A DNA stretch of 50,840 nt, filler included, from Mitosporidium daphniae (GCF_000760515.2; 2 parts of 2 records of this genome joined end to end with filler, not necessarily neighbours in it); one strand, 5' to 3'; shown: positions 10,853-25,480, counted from the whole stretch's first letter. A program made the numbers and translations. The notes: a model not told the origin generated them from the sequence alone.

Positions 10853-11866
10853 TTATTGAAGGCTCCTTGGTTTAAGCCAGCGCGCCTGTATGAATGTGCG
10901 CTCGAGATCGAGGCCATCTCTCGCGTTCACGGTCCGCCGCGTGACGTACCTGTTTTCCAGGACTACAAATCCTGCTCCTGAAAAAAGCGCCTTCGCGTAC
11001 TCTGCCAATAAATAGTAAATGGGCATGTCAAATGGGATCGGTGAAGGGTATGGTTAATGGTAAAGTTAGCCCGAATCACGGGTGATGATAGGAAACATAA
11101 AAAGTAAAGCGTGGAGGCCTACCTGCAGAAAAGAAGAAGGAAAGCGTCCCATCCTGCCGTACAAAAGTATGTTCGTCAATTTTTCTGTCCTCTTTAAAGC
11201 GGAGCTGTGCCAAATCATTAACTGCATAATCGCGGAAGAAGAGCACACTACCTGGCCGGAGGAGCTAGGATTCAATGCAGAAAGGCTTACCTCAAAGGCA
11301 TTCCGGACCACTAGATTATGGCTGGCTGGAGGTACTGCTGAAAGCATAAAGACGAGCGTCGCGAGTGTAAAGCTTGGATGCATCTTGGTCGTGTCAAGTA
11401 GGGAGTAAAAATTCTTCCATGTTGGGGCTGGACTGGCATCCAAGCACAGGCCTTGCATGCCAAAATTACAGTTAATGTCTTGATTCTTGTGCATGGGAAG
11501 GCCAAGGGCCAATTGACCCTGAGAGATATCTGTGGCAAAATCAAAAGCGGCCACCCAAAGCCGATGTGCAAACCGCTCATATTCGGGTGATTCCATGATC
11601 AGCTTTACTGCCTCTGTGGATATCTCGACACCATAGCAACGCAGCAATGGAAACTCTCTAAGTAACGGAAAAAGCAGATTCCCTACACCACACCCAATCT
11701 CAAGCAGGAAATGACCTTCCCCCTCTCCAGACAACTCTGCAAATTCAGTACCGAGCCAGTGACGATCACGGAAAAAGTGGTCCTTGTTACGACGATAAAA
11801 GAGATTCCAGCTCTTCTCACCACACTCAGAAAGGTATTTGGACGTCCAAAATGGCGGTATCACCAT
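10853..11866 (-). CDS. METTL6: tRNA m3C methyltransferase, METTL6/METTL2/Trm140 family, 3 exons
   Basis: WNLFYRRNKDHFFRDRHWL, LEIGCGVGN, LVFMLSAV; after splicing LLRPGSVLFFRDYAVNDLAQLRF...VRQDGTLSFFFS and a last exon ending RRTVNARDGLDLERTFIQARW. Introns at 11265-11290 (26 nt) and 11002-11122 (121 nt). Confidence 0.9.
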
Positions 11867-12068
11867 CACTTAAATGTACAAAATTTATTCAAACTTCGGA
11901 CACCTCTGATAAGTGCGCATCCTTCAATTGAGCCGCGGCTATCGACCAAAAATCGGTGAGCCAAAGATCAGCATACCAAGGCACACGCTAATGATAGATG
12001 GCAAAAGGAAATTTCAATTTCGATGCCACGACCACCGGGAGTCTGACTTGGTGACCATCAGGGTTAGG

Positions 12069-15000
12069 TCAGAATTCAGGATGCCATCGTGGGTCCACGC
12101 CAGAAATATCTTGACAGGCCTTCGATGCCTGTGAAATGAGCTCGACGATAGGTGCATAAAGTGAGACTGGCAGTGGTTGCTTGACCTTGGATTCGCTCTG
12201 GACGGTAGCTTGGGTTCCGGCTGCTGTTGATCCCCCATCCTGAATGTCTTCTTGGGAAAAGACGACCTGGCTCACGTAAGCAGAGACATGTGCAGAAATG
12301 ATGTCCTTTTCTTTCTCGCAAGCAAGAACTTTGATGCGTTCTAAAGCCCCTCGTGCATGAATAGAGGGACCACGAACCCGTTGCTCCATCGTTGGCTGGC
12401 TACCAGCTAGAAGATCAAAGAGATCGCTAATTTCTTCAGAGCGATGGGAAAGTTCATCCGCAAGGGCATGCACGGATGGCACAAAGAGCCCATCTACAAA
12501 AACACGGCCCAAGAATGTTTGCAGTGCAGGTCCCATACGGAACACAAGGGGAGCATGCAGCACACGCATACCCGGTGCTTGGGTATCATAACGCAGCGAT
12601 GAAGGGTCAATTTTGATAGCACAAGCAGAGTTGGGCTGCGTCGACATTTCTTGCGAGGCATTTGGAGCCCGTTCAGTGGCTGATAAAGCCAGTTCATGTG
12701 CCGTAGCGTCAAGACGCTCAAACAGCGCAGCGCCAATCCAGGAGAGCCGACCGTGCGCCAAAGGGCCTAACCCAATTGAGGCTAAATCGCGCTGCCGTAC
12801 GCTTCCCAGGATGCTCCATCCCGTGATCAGAGCAGCCCATTGTAGTGCAAACGACTTGCGATAAAGCCAATAGTCTTGAGAATTGGCCAGCCGTGCAGCT
12901 ACGAATGCTGCCAGTACTGAGGAACACGCCATCTGTATGTCCTGTTCTTTAGCCGGCGTTTGGGGCTTCATTGGCCCTGCCGTTGCAATTTCTACTTCCG
13001 CCGGCTGAGCAGCGGCGCCGGTGGTCGTATTTAAGCATTGAGCCATGGAGAGCGGGTCTACAATGATGTCTGGAGATGCAAGAACAACCATGCAGGATCC
13101 ATTTCCATTCAGAGCATCAGAGGCAATTAGTGGCAACAAAGATGAATTCCACGTGAGCAGCGGAGATGCCCGTTGGCGAACCAGACGCCCCTTTGAGGCA
13201 ACTCCGCCCAGCATCCAAAGAAGCCGCGATGCTGTGGCCGCACCAAGTATGGCATTGACCCTTTCGGTGTCATTAAAAATGGTAATAGCCCGCACACTGC
13301 CATCACTAAGATATACCACAAGCCCATAATGACCATCTGTTTGGCGCAGGATGGCACCAAAGGAGTCGATTTTTGTAGATGATGCCCCAGTATCGCCTTT
13401 GCGTGGTAATACCAAACGCTGACCAGGTAATTCGAGCTCATCATCCATTGGGAGACGTGGGAACGAAGAAAGCCAACGCGAAGTTACATGCACAGGGCTC
13501 ACTACCACATTGCACCGTTTCTTTTTTGAGGGCAGGTGATTGTTTTTCTTTGCCGACATTAGGCTGTTTTGCACTTCCCCCAAAAAGATGATCATTGTCT
13601 CCGTGGCCAAAGGATGGACTGCCCGTAGCATAGACAATAGCGCTGCCATTTCGTCTCCATTAGAATCCAAAGCTTTGCTTCGAATACGTGCTGAAAGCGG
13701 ATAAAAGAGAAGATTCGGGAAAAGGCGTCCAATGCGCTGCAATAAGCTTCGTAGCCTGGAGCCTAGCTCCATGGTTGAGCTAGAGCCCGGAGAATCTCGC
13801 AAGTCATCAAGCATTTCTTCCAGAAACGGTAGCCACGGAGCCAAAGGAAGCTCTGCCAAATACAGATCAAAAATGCCTGCAAGCTCTGGCGCCATTCGCA
13901 ACATCTTCAAAATCATAGAAGCAAGTAACAAAGCTTGACTGTGCGTGCACCCATTGCTCAGTCCAGAGCCATAGCGGAGATCCTCAGCATCTTCATCGCA
14001 AAAAGAGCGCTCATGCGAAGATGAGTTTGTCCCGTTTGGATCAGAAGAAGAGGCAGATGCCACAGAAGATGATGCTGTTGAAGGATCATTGCGTCTTTGG
14101 TTGGCATTTTGGTGATGAGACGCAGAAGAGGAAGAGGATGTTCCAAGAATCATTGCCTGCAAGTAACAGTGAATAGCATGCATTGCAAATGTTTGTGCGT
14201 TAGGCTCCTCCGGATACGGTGTCAATGCAGTAAATGAGGTCAACGTCGACGGAGAGGTTGTCCCCAGTGAAGTGGCGGATGTGATATTCAGCGAACATGG
14301 TGGTGGTTTTGCTAGGCCAGGAGATCTTCCAGCGGTCAATGAGGATTCATCTGCGGAGCACGTGCCAGCAGCTTCCACGCCCAAATCATGATTTTCTTCT
14401 TCTTTTTTGGCGATAAATGCACGGAAGCGGCGGCGATTATAATGACCCCAGGCAGCCCAGGCGCGTCCGTGGTTGATGTCCAGCTGTACTGCTTGCGAGT
14501 GAACCTTGTTTGCTTCTTCAATTCCGGTGAGGTTAAGAGCCTCCAAAAAACGGCCTTTAAGGGAAAAAAAGTCCGACTTTTGAGAGGCGCCAAAGTATGC
14601 CAAATTTGTAGAGTTGATAATCTCAAGCCCAGCTACAAGCAACAACGTTCCCGGAGACGCACAGCATGCCGTGGAACTGGATTTGGCTGCGCCTTGGTCA
14701 TCCGCACATCCTTCGGTGGCTTGTGCCGTGCTGCTGTTGGTGTCCGTATTTGCACTTGTAGCCCCTCCACTAGCACCACCAAACGTAGCAGCAGCGTGAA
14801 GTGGTACGGCCGCTGTCAGCCATGGTGCTGACAGCGGATCGTAAAATGCATCAAGATAGCATTGTGCTTGCTCGCTCAACTTCCAAAAAGCATCTTGAAT
14901 CTCGATGTTGGGCAGCGTGTAAATCTTATTGAGCAGCTGTACGCAAATATCTGGAAGACGATGGCGACGAGCTACAGTCGCAAAGCGATTGATCAGCCAT

Positions 15001-18000
15001 GCGCTTTCATGATAACCGCGATAAATCAGGGTTCCTCCAGAAGATGCAGCAGAAGAGGCCGAAGATGGGGCCGTAGATGGGGCGTTCATATTGCCAGGAC
15101 CTGCGGCTCCACCCATTATCACCATGTTGTCTAGTTCCGTAACGGTGGCTGCAAAGAGCCCATTGATGGCCGAAAAGAGAGACTGCCTCCAAGCAGCCAG
15201 CTCAGACCATGCCCCAATGGAATCATAATGGATGGAGGGAAGCCGTTCCCGCCAGGTGCCCAAGATTCCTCTGAGCTCTTGCACCATAGTCAATTGGGGC
15301 TGGAGCGGTGATGCATTGGAAAGGTGAAGATTGCCCGCTCCACCGCCTCCAGCACCAAGGAAAAGTCCGGCAGCTTCCTGCACTTCCACAAAAAGCTGAA
15401 AGAGAATTGATAGCGAATCATTTTGAGATGAGCCGATAAGTGGCCATGGCATGGCGGCCCATTGTGCAAGAGTCACCTGGAAACCTTCCTCGATAAGGCG
15501 GCCCAACTCAGCGACACGCCGACCAGAGAGGACTGTTGATCCAGAGGATGCGTTAGCTCCTGGCCCATGGATCCCACCAGAAAGGCCAGCACCAGCGCTG
15601 GTACCAGTACCGCCCCCGCCGATATTTCCAACAACTCCCGTGATGATTTGATGTAAGTGAAGCAGAGCATCGTAAAAAAGACGCTTAGGTGTTGGGGCAT
15701 CCGCAACAAGCTCTAGTGCCGCGCGCACAGCGGCTTGATCTTTAGAGGTGCTCCAGTCCAACAAGCGCCAAGATGCATCAAGTGAGAGGTCGATGTCATT
15801 GTCTACCTTTGCAAGTTCAACCAAAACGTCCCATTGTTGCAGCCGCCGCGCAGCAGCGATCCATCGCTCCTGCCATTGTTGCATTTCATCCCCGCCTTCT
15901 CCGAATGAATGGGAAGAGGCATTTTCAGACTTTTTTGCATCACAAGATGAACCTTTCCGGGCACCATAAGCATCATAATAAAAGGAAGATCCATCACCGC
16001 TAGGGCAAGCGGTACTATCACACGGATCTTTCATGATGTTGACGATGTTTCCAACTTCGTTCTTGACAAGTGGTTCTGTGGCAAGACGTCCTGCTCGCGC
16101 AACAGCCTGCGCAGCCTCCAAAACTACTTGTGCACCTTCAAGATATTCGGCCTGTTCCAGCGAGCTCGCAAGAATGGTCTGCCCGTGGCGTGCCTGGCAT
16201 CTCCGTGCCCCGAATGCACCATCACTCTCTCCCATTGCTTCATATAAATAGCCGAGAGCCTCATAATTTTGTGAAGCCCTACACATGGTCTCAAGAGAAA
16301 GTACAGGTGCAAACCAATTGAAGTTTTTGGCAAGGTACCGTAGCAGCATCTCACTGAGCCCAAACTGTACCATGATTTGGGGATGATGTAATGCGAGAGC
16401 TGAAATAGCCTCCAACAGCGTACATGCCGGTAGCGTGTGGTTTCGCGGGGACCAAGAAGTGGAAGAAGAGGAGCTAAGCAAATGATATGGCCGTGATAGA
16501 TTGTATGAGAGATCAGCCCCTATGGTTGAGAGCAATATCATGTCGGTTCCTTCGCGTTCGCGGTTTTGAGAAGCAGCTATGGCGATTTCGCCAAAACATC
16601 GTACCCAGCATACATGAGCCCAAGCTCCATCTACACGGGCTAGGGCTGAAATCGGACCTTGAAATTGGGAAAGTAAAGGTCCTCGAGCACGTTGTATGAG
16701 GGCCAAAGCTTCGTGGATCCAATATGAGGTCGCAATGGCCTCCCAGTTCTGAACGCCAAGAATATAACGCAGGGCTTTAAAGGGACCCTCCAGTGATGGT
16801 TGCGCAAATTCAAGAGAAAGATAAATCACCTCAATTAGCTGATCATACAGCTCAGGCTCGCCTCGACATTCTACCATCAAAGATAAAAAGTCTTTCTGTA
16901 GTTGAAAGGTTACTTCTGAATGTGCAAATGACGAGCAGGGCATCGCTTCAGGGGTAGATCGGGAAGGAAGATCCATTGATACATGGGACTTTCCATACAC
17001 CAGACAAAGTAGCTGAACCATAGCCCGGCGCACTTTTCGGATACTTCCGAGCCGAATCTTGGCTAGAAGTAGGCCCAAATCACCCCAATGGTGAAGATTA
17101 TGATCACCATCTTGGCCATTTGGGTGATCATCACGGCCGGCTCCAAAGTGACCTTCCATGGCCTGATGGCCCGAATCAGAGGAATTTTCGCGGAGCTTCG
17201 CGTAACAAGAGGCAGCCATAAAAAGCAAGTCCATTTTCTCTTTCAACATGAAAGTTCCCCCGTTGAGCCAGTGAAAAATTCTCACCAGAATATCTTCGAT
17301 TACGGCAAGAGGATAAAGCATCGGATGCGAGGTAATCATTCCGATCACGCCAAGGAATTTTTGTCGCTCCTCGCTAGATGAGACCAAGTTAGATGCCAAA
17401 GCATCCCTTTCAATGATATCAAAAATGAGTATCATTGCTAAGCCACGAATGGTGGAGAGTATCTCTTGAGGACCGCCCATTAAAATATCCTTTTCCGTGA
17501 TAATGGCGGTACAGAAAGCAACCTCAGAAGCAGAGGCCGGGGCTCCCGGCGCAAGTGCTTCGCGTGCCAGATCTGACAGCATGCTAATTAGCACCGAAAT
17601 AGGAAGCAATGTTGGAGGTGCAGCTGCGATGGAGGCGGTAGATTTCGCCTGAAAGTCATTGTTATCTTCGTGAGCGTACAACACTTCACCAGCTATTGTC
17701 GGCAAGGCGGCAGTTGTACGTTTTGAAGAAACAGCGCCAAAGTTCGACCAAATAAAGAGCAAGACAGGCAGCAGTGAAGGAAGCGAAACTATGAGTGCCG
17801 GATTGAAATCAGAGGGAACAACATCCAGTCTTTCCACAACTTGACCGTTTTTCTTATAAAATAAAAGACCAGAAAGCGACAGTGAAATACGAAGCGAGAG
17901 CACAGATGAAAGAAGAGGAGAAGATGTCATTGCAGACGAGAATGAGTTTGCTCCCCCACTAACACCATGTTGAAGCAGCGATGTTGGGTATGAAAAAAAG

Positions 18001-21000
18001 AACCCAGGAAAAAGCGAAGGGATACGCTCCATAATTATCTTCACATATCTTTCTCGCTCTTCCTTGGCATTTACGCAAAATATCATTTCAAGCAAAAAGA
18101 GGGCATTAAGAATCGATCGTAAAGGCTTAGGCAATTCCGAAAACGATGTCGCAAAAGCTTGAGTAGCCATGGGAGGTTCGGCAGACGAGGATGCCTGAGC
18201 TGCGTTTGCAGGCAGTGGGATCATGGACGCAGTTTGTGCTGGAGAGGATTGGAAAATCTCATCAACCAAATGCCATGGCAAGGAGAGTCCAGCTTCTGCA
18301 GCAGACATAGCCAGTTTTAATGCATATGCATCATACTCCAGGCAAGGCATTGATGATACCGATGCTGCCAAAGAGGCACCACCACCATTACACACCGTTG
18401 ATGAGGGGTTCACCGGTGGCGTAAAGGTAGGCTTTGCCATGAGAGAAGAAGAACACAGGGTATACCCTTGGCCAGAAAGGATGATTCGAAAAAGGGTTTC
18501 AGAGGTGCCCTCCCAAACACCAGGCCCAAGGATCGGTATCAAAGGCAAAGGTTGAGCCGCCTGGGCGACGCGAGTCCTTTTTCGCACGTGATGCTGCTTG
18601 GACGAAGATGTTGTTGATACTGGAGAAGGAGTCGTTGCAGATGAGTTGTTAATGGAAAGAGTTATAATGCAATCGATAATTAAGAGCTGGCCACTTTTCA
18701 TAAGATCAGAAATAGGTGATTGTGGCTGCGAAAGTAGCGAGCTTATCACTTCCAATGCCGAGTACCACCACCAACAAGGAGCTTGCCCCATTGCAGCCGT
18801 GATCTGCAGGGGAGATATGGTTTTTATTGGCGATGGGACACCTGCTGTTGAATTTTCTATCTTTGCTGATGAAGGAATCCCCAAAAAGGGAGGAAACCCT
18901 GGAGCTTTGTATGAAAACGAGGTTGGTATCACGCGAGCTTGATTTGAGCAGGCGGTCATTGAAGCAAGAGCGCTCCAAACAATTCCGTGTTGTTGAGAAA
19001 GTGACGCCATAACATGCTCGGATCCAGATATTGAGCCAAGGCCTTTTGTCATAGGTGGGCCATAGCCTGCAAGTACATGCAGAATGGCGGAAAGTACGCG
19101 TTCGAGCGACATTGATAACGCTATTGTCAGGATCTCTATCACTGCAAATAGACGTCGAGAATCAACAATAGTGCTGTTTGAGCCACCAAAATCTAGCAAT
19201 ACACGGAAAGAAGACTCGAGTTCTCCATTTGCACCTACTTCATTTGGATGAGATGCATAAAGAAGCACCTGAGCCGCAGCGAGATTGTACCGATCCTCGT
19301 CACCGTCGGTAGGAAGTTCCTTGGCAACAGTAGTAATGGTAGTGTGGCACCACTCGTTTAAAGACTCCGAATTGAGACGAACCGACATTTTCGCGATGGC
19401 AAAGAGAAGGGCAGAAGAGCAGAACCCCCGCTTTTCGATGATTTTTACCAATTTTTCTTGTGAAACCTTGTCAAGTTCTTTCAAATCATTGATCCAAGAA
19501 ACAAGAAAGGCCTCCCGAGCAGCCCAATTAGGAGGGTCATCACAGGGATCAACGGCATCGATAAGGCTGCAAATAAAGTTAAGATCACACTGTATACGCT
19601 GCTCAAGAACCTGTGGAAATGAATCCACCAATGCAGCTAGTAGAGGTAGCAGCAGAGGTGCATTTTCGTTGCAATGAAGCACACCATCGCTAGAGGACAC
19701 CTTCGCTATATCAGATGCCTTAGGAGCTGTGGCGACCAGCAGGGCGGTACCTGCTTGCCAAAGAACATCTTCGAGTGAAGTGGCAAAGGCATCTCCAAAA
19801 CGAAGCAGTATCCGCTCTCCTCCCTTGCGGGGCTTAACCTTATGTCTTTGGATCATCCGCACAATGAGGGTTGAGACACTCTCTGCAAGCTGCGGGCTCA
19901 GAAGCTTGCATACTGAAGAGGATCCGGAAGCGGAGGGATTCTTGCAAGACAATGGATCTTTGTCTTGTTGAAGATGCCCAGAAAGAGTACCTCTTTGTAA
20001 AGAAAGAAGCATGGAGGCAACGACTTCGGAAAAATTTGCATTGGCCCCTGGGCTGTCCCTCCAGCTTTGATTGTTCTCTCCTAGATCGAGACGACTGGCC
20101 AGAAGCTCCCAAGTTCCTGGAGAAAGCACAATGTCCCGTGCCTCACTGTGCATCGCCATGAGCTCACAAAAAAGCCCAACAATACGATCATCCTTCAGTC
20201 GTTCTCCCCCAACAATCACTTCAATGGTAACCGAAAGGTGTTTGCAAAGATAGCGCAGTACGGGCCTCCTGAAAGGCGAGGCTCTTGTCCTGCGAACCAT
20301 TTCTTCAAGTGAGCACAGAGCGACCAGCGTCTCTTCTAGAAATACTGATGAGGTTGGTGGAAGCAGATGGAAGACATCCAAAATGGCTACGATGATGCCG
20401 ATTTCTGGCGCCAAGATTTCTGGAGGCCCAGAAGGAGACGCCGCCTTGGCAGCTTCAGCCCATTGCCTGAGATGCTCTAGCAACTTGCGACCAATTTCGG
20501 CTTTAAAATAAGAAGTGAGAAGCTCAAGTAAGCGGCCGAGACCCTCTAGCCCAGGTATGGTTAACCGCTTATAATCGGAGAGGTTCATCAACACGGGACG
20601 AAGACCGTGCTGCATTAGCTCTTTCGGTAGCTTGTGCTGCATGGCTATGACGAGAGCAAGACCTGTTTTACTTGCGCCCACTATATCAGGATTTCGAGCA
20701 TAAAGAGACTTGAAAAAGATGGACACAATTCGATTCCTGAGTGCCAAATGGTTTCCCGGTGCTGAAAAAGTAGGCGAGCCCATGGCTGCCGTAAGGAGCC
20801 GGATGCAAGCTATGCGAAGCCGGGCCCCGAACGGGCCATTGCTTCCCTTGGCCACTGCTGATGTGACAGAAGGTGAGGAGGCAATCTGTGACCCTGAAGG
20901 AGTGGTGGCGCTCGGTGCAGGCGATGAAGAGGTTGTGTTTGAGGCTGCATGTGCTGGACCTGCACTTGAAGGTGTAGCAAGCGATGCTGAGACCGAATTT

Positions 21001-24000
21001 ACTCCCATTGAAATTGAAGATTGATCTTCAATGGTATCAGCCATGCCCACACAATCTGTAACCAAAGCAAGAAAAGATGGGGAAAATTCCAAAAAAGACG
21101 GATCTTTTTTCATGACAAAAGCTATCGCTTCAATTATTCCGATCTGATGAGAAATAGGAAGCAAAGAGATGTCTCTTCCTTCTGGACCGCCAAGCCACTC
21201 TTGCTCAATGATTGTAGATCGGATGGGCTCAAGTAGCTTACAAAGAGCCCGACCTGCAGCAGATGATACCACAGGAACGGGTGGGGTAGTTATTCCGGCA
21301 CTTGGAATAGAAGGCCGTGCATCTTGTGTGGGGACCGATGAATTGAGTGTTTGCGATGATGTAATCGCAAGCGCTGGCTGCGCAGCGGGAGCTGAAGATA
21401 CCGGTATATGGGGTAAAGCACCAAGAGCCCCAGACTTTGCAGCAATAACATCCCCATCCTGCTTTTCAAATTTCTTAGCCAGCTGTTCAAGCATCCCTTG
21501 TGCCATGGCCCTATTTTTTTCCAGAGGAGATGCAAGCTCCTGCGTCAAAACCCCAAGCAACCCTAAACAAGGAGTGTCGTTCCTTTCCTCAATAAGAACA
21601 AGCAAAAGGGAATCAAGGGCACGCTCGGGCGCTATCTGTAGCGAGCAAATGCCAACCAAATGCTGACTAGCCAACTCAAGGGACTTGAAAAGGGCTTCGG
21701 CACAAAAAGTGAGAGTGGTATCTGCAACTGAAAACCTTTTCTTTTTGGAGAATATTTCGCGTAACAGGTCAGATCCAGAGAGACGGGCATAGATGGACTT
21801 TTCTCGGAAAAGCCCGCATATTCGAAATAGGATGTCCTCGACGCCATGCTGGAACTCCTGTTGAGACAATTGCTTAAAGGCAGGATGATTTTGATAACAT
21901 GTCCCGCGCAAAACTCGAAGCAAAAGAGAACACGCACAAATTCTCAGCTGTGGATTTTCAGAACATAAATACTCGTCAAAAAAAATATCAATAATATCGC
22001 TACTGCGCTCGCTATCCCTCATAGCATCGGCAAGCCCCAGTTCGAGGTTTTCTCTGATTTGATGCAAGAACGAGGCCGAAGGGAGATGATGATGATGATG
22101 ATGATGCTTGTCGTCCATCTTTTGGAAATCATCGAAAGTTTTATCGAGAATTACGGGGTCATTAACGCAAAAGAAATGCCCGTCCACGGTACTAGTGTGG
22201 TCCGACTCGTCGTGATTAAACCAAGAAAAGTAGGCTAGATATCTGATCTGGATGCCGATCAGCTCTTTAGTATGCCTTAAGCGCTTTTCCTCCAAATAGG
22301 AACGAGTGATACGAGGAAGATAATGAGCAGGTGATGAGGGAGATGCGCTATCTCGCTTCTTGAACGACTGCTGTGATTCTGGCAGCCACAAGAGCTCATT
22401 CCACTGTGAAATAAGCCGATGCAAAAAAGCCTGCTCGTGCTGAGCCTCTAAGGGCACCTGCAATGATGAAGAAAGATGCGTCTTGAAATTTAGTTGCCGT
22501 ATGGGTCTCTTATTACGTCCTGCAAGCTTTCCAAGGATCCTAAGCGCAGTATGAGCAAATTGGGAAGGATATGGGAGAGGTCTGCAATGAGCCCAAAGAG
22601 CCTCAAGCAACTCTGGCATGACACTGGACAAAATGGGATCGAGAAAATCCTGCGTCAAATTATCAATACAAAGCTCCAGAGTCCGCAAGCCTTGAGACAG
22701 CAATTCAGGCGTCATAAACGTTGAAGACGATGAGGAAGATGAGGAGGAGGATGACGAGCCACTCGAGATGTTAGACGTAGGTGCTGACGCTTGTGAGGCG
22801 GCAGATGTTGCTGATAATGGTAGAGTAAAGCCGCCTTGATTCTGTGACGCCGTACCAGAGGCGGATGGCATCATAATCATCATTGACATTGAAGGTGAGC
22901 TTATAACTTTTAACGAATACACAAGTGGCTTCATCAAAAGTGAAAGATATGGAAGCAGCACAGAAAGACGCACAGGAATGGTAAGCGCCAGCTCGACAAC
23001 CAAATCCTTCAGCAAATCCGTGGGTTGTGGGTATGAAGGCGTTAGCGGTGTGTTTGATTCATGGCTACCTCTGGAAAATGTCTGAAGAATCTCAATGGAG
23101 TGAAGCAGGGCATTGAGTGTCTCAAGAATTGTTGGCAGAATAGGAAGAATTTCACGATAAAGAATTTCAAAGCGGCCACCCCCAATGGCTCGAAAAAGAG
23201 TTCTAAGAAGCAAAAGGGCATGAAAAGGCTCCTGTGACACTTTGGAAGAACCGCAACGTAAACACGAAAGGATCAGTTCAGGAAGAAAAGCTGCCCAAAC
23301 ACCCTCGATTTCTTCTGGATAAGCCCCCAAAGCCATCAACATTAATTTCATTATACGCTGCAGACGGGCTGCACTATCAATATTCATCACTTGGGATAGC
23401 TCATTGCCGCCGAAAAGATTCTTGGAAAGCCATCGAAGCAAATGAAGAAGTGTGATTTTGGCAACCTCCGGCCCTCCAGGTCCAACCAAAAAAACTTGAA
23501 GAAGTGCGGAGAGTGCAGGCACAGATGTAATTGCATTGTATATGTTTGGGCAGTTGGAGGAAATGATGTCCGAAAAAACAGAAACCTCCAGCAAAATGAA
23601 AATCTGCGCAATCTGCTCCACCATGTCCTTTTCCTCTTGTGCGAGCTGGCTTTGCAAAAGAGACGCATCATATGCCAATCCTTTGGCAAAAAAATTGATC
23701 GTCTCACACGAAAGCGAAGAGGAAAGACCAGAAGAAGGCTCTTGGATGCATTTTTGATCGGACGCACAAAGACGCACCAATGTGGCTACAAGATCCCCAA
23801 AAAGACGGACAAACCAAATCGACTCCTCATGAAGGATACCTCGAACCGAAAAGATTGCGGAAGACAAGGGGGCAGGTGATGGTTGAAGCGAGCGAAAGGC
23901 GAAAAAGATCACTTTAAGGCCTGTAACTAGTGCACGAAACAGAATTCTAAAATTTTCTATGCCAGTTTCTTCAGAACCGAAAACAGGCGTTTCCGAAAGC

Positions 24001-25480
24001 ATATGAATGGCCCTACAGTACGAGTAAAATATTCTCCAATAGGCCTCTTTCCTATTGGCCATTGTAAGTTGCGGGTGGGAAGCAAGAGGAAGCCCGACCA
24101 CAAAGTGTTCCGCAATCGTACTTAGCAGCCTAGCCGCCACGGCCCTGACGCCAAAAGAAAGACCGGAGCGGTTATGCTCGGACTCTAGCAAGCTTACAAA
24201 TGCCGGTATCAAAGTCCAATTGAAAAGAGAAACCGGGATTTCCGTTCTAAAATGGACTATAAAATCAGCAAATGTGGTAATAATAATCGGTCGCAACGTA
24301 CGCGCCGCTGTTGATTGCAGAGAAGATGAACAAACGCCCTCCTCGTCGATGGAAAAATTGAACAAATGACATTTTGATGGGTCAAGAAATTCGCCCACTT
24401 TTGCTCCAAGATGGGGCCTAACATCCTGCGTTAGCATTAAATGGCGAAGAGCAATCAGCACTTCCCTTCTTAGCCCATATGAATCTTCTGGAATGATTCC
24501 AGAAAGGCTCATCAGTAATTTTGGAAAAAATGGTGCAAATGACTTCATGGATATTGGAATGGCCCTGGCCATAAACGTTAGCAGGGACAAAATCTTTCAT
24601 TAACGAAATAAAAGTACCTTAACGTGGATAGAAATTACCTCTAAAGGTAAGCTACTATCATCCAAAGTAGTCAACTGTCGATCCAACAGTGTGGTACGCG
24701 AAAATTCGACAAATTGCATCATTAAAGGACCGTTAACAAACAAGTCGGCCATGGGTTTCTTGTAAATCTGGAACAGCACCACGATGATCAGCGGACATTC
24801 GGTGGCAACTTTTAAAGAATTTGATGCCGATGGTTGGTGAGATGGAATGCAATGCGAAGCGCTAGAAGATCCCATTGAATGCGAATGTATCCAACTAAAT
24901 AGATCCTTTACAAATGAAAGGAAGAAAGAAATCAACTGCGACAAAGTAACCGAACTAGGCGCTGCGGATGGTGGAATCTGTGCCTGCGGTACCGGTGTCG
25001 TCTCCAGCTCATGCTGCACCTTGGAGAAAAGGGTCTTGTGCCAATCAACAAAGATCTTTAATATGGATAGCCCGGTGCGCTCACTACAACCGGGGCTAGA
25101 GAGCCATGTTAGAAGCAGAGAGATGATAGTTTTTGGCTCCAGCACTTCAGTCCGACGCAATGCTGAAAGAAGACGAAGTGCATCGAAAACATTGTCGTCC
25201 CTGTGAGAAGAAGAGAAGGGGGAGCAAAATGAAGAGGCGCTTGTTGAGGGTGTTTCTGTATTTTGTGCCAAAGACAATTCCAAGACATTTTTCATTAACA
25301 CCGCTTTAATTAATTGCGAAGCCTTTTGCATTAAGGGGTCAAAAACGCAGCAGGAAGATGGAATGATAAGGAAATATTCATCTACAAGCACATTTATCGA
25401 TTCTACGGCAATTATGACAAAAATGGTACCGGAAAATTTGGCATGATCTAGGTTTGCTTCGACTTGCTCTGCTAAGGACT
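12069..25480 (-). CDS. TRA1: Tra1/TRRAP PIKK-family pseudokinase (SAGA/NuA4 subunit), >4400 aa, 5' end lost in the assembly gap
   Basis: Tra1-specific blocks LLRTLFRAIGGGRFEILY, VELALTIPVRLSVLLPYL, SQGLRTLELCIDNL, LPKELMQHGLRPVLMNL, YRGYHESAWLINRFA...KIYTLPNIEIQDAF, and FATC-like end DPRWHPEF. Intron at 24594-24617 (24 nt); possible in-frame intron at 25403-25429. The frame stays open up to the N run. Confidence 0.93.

Noticed and set aside
12076..24600. Dozens of short ORFs overlapping TRA1, and similar ones over the aminopeptidase, ATG9 and GPI13
   Set aside because: Antisense or alternate-frame shadows of long coding sequence with no recognisable motifs.
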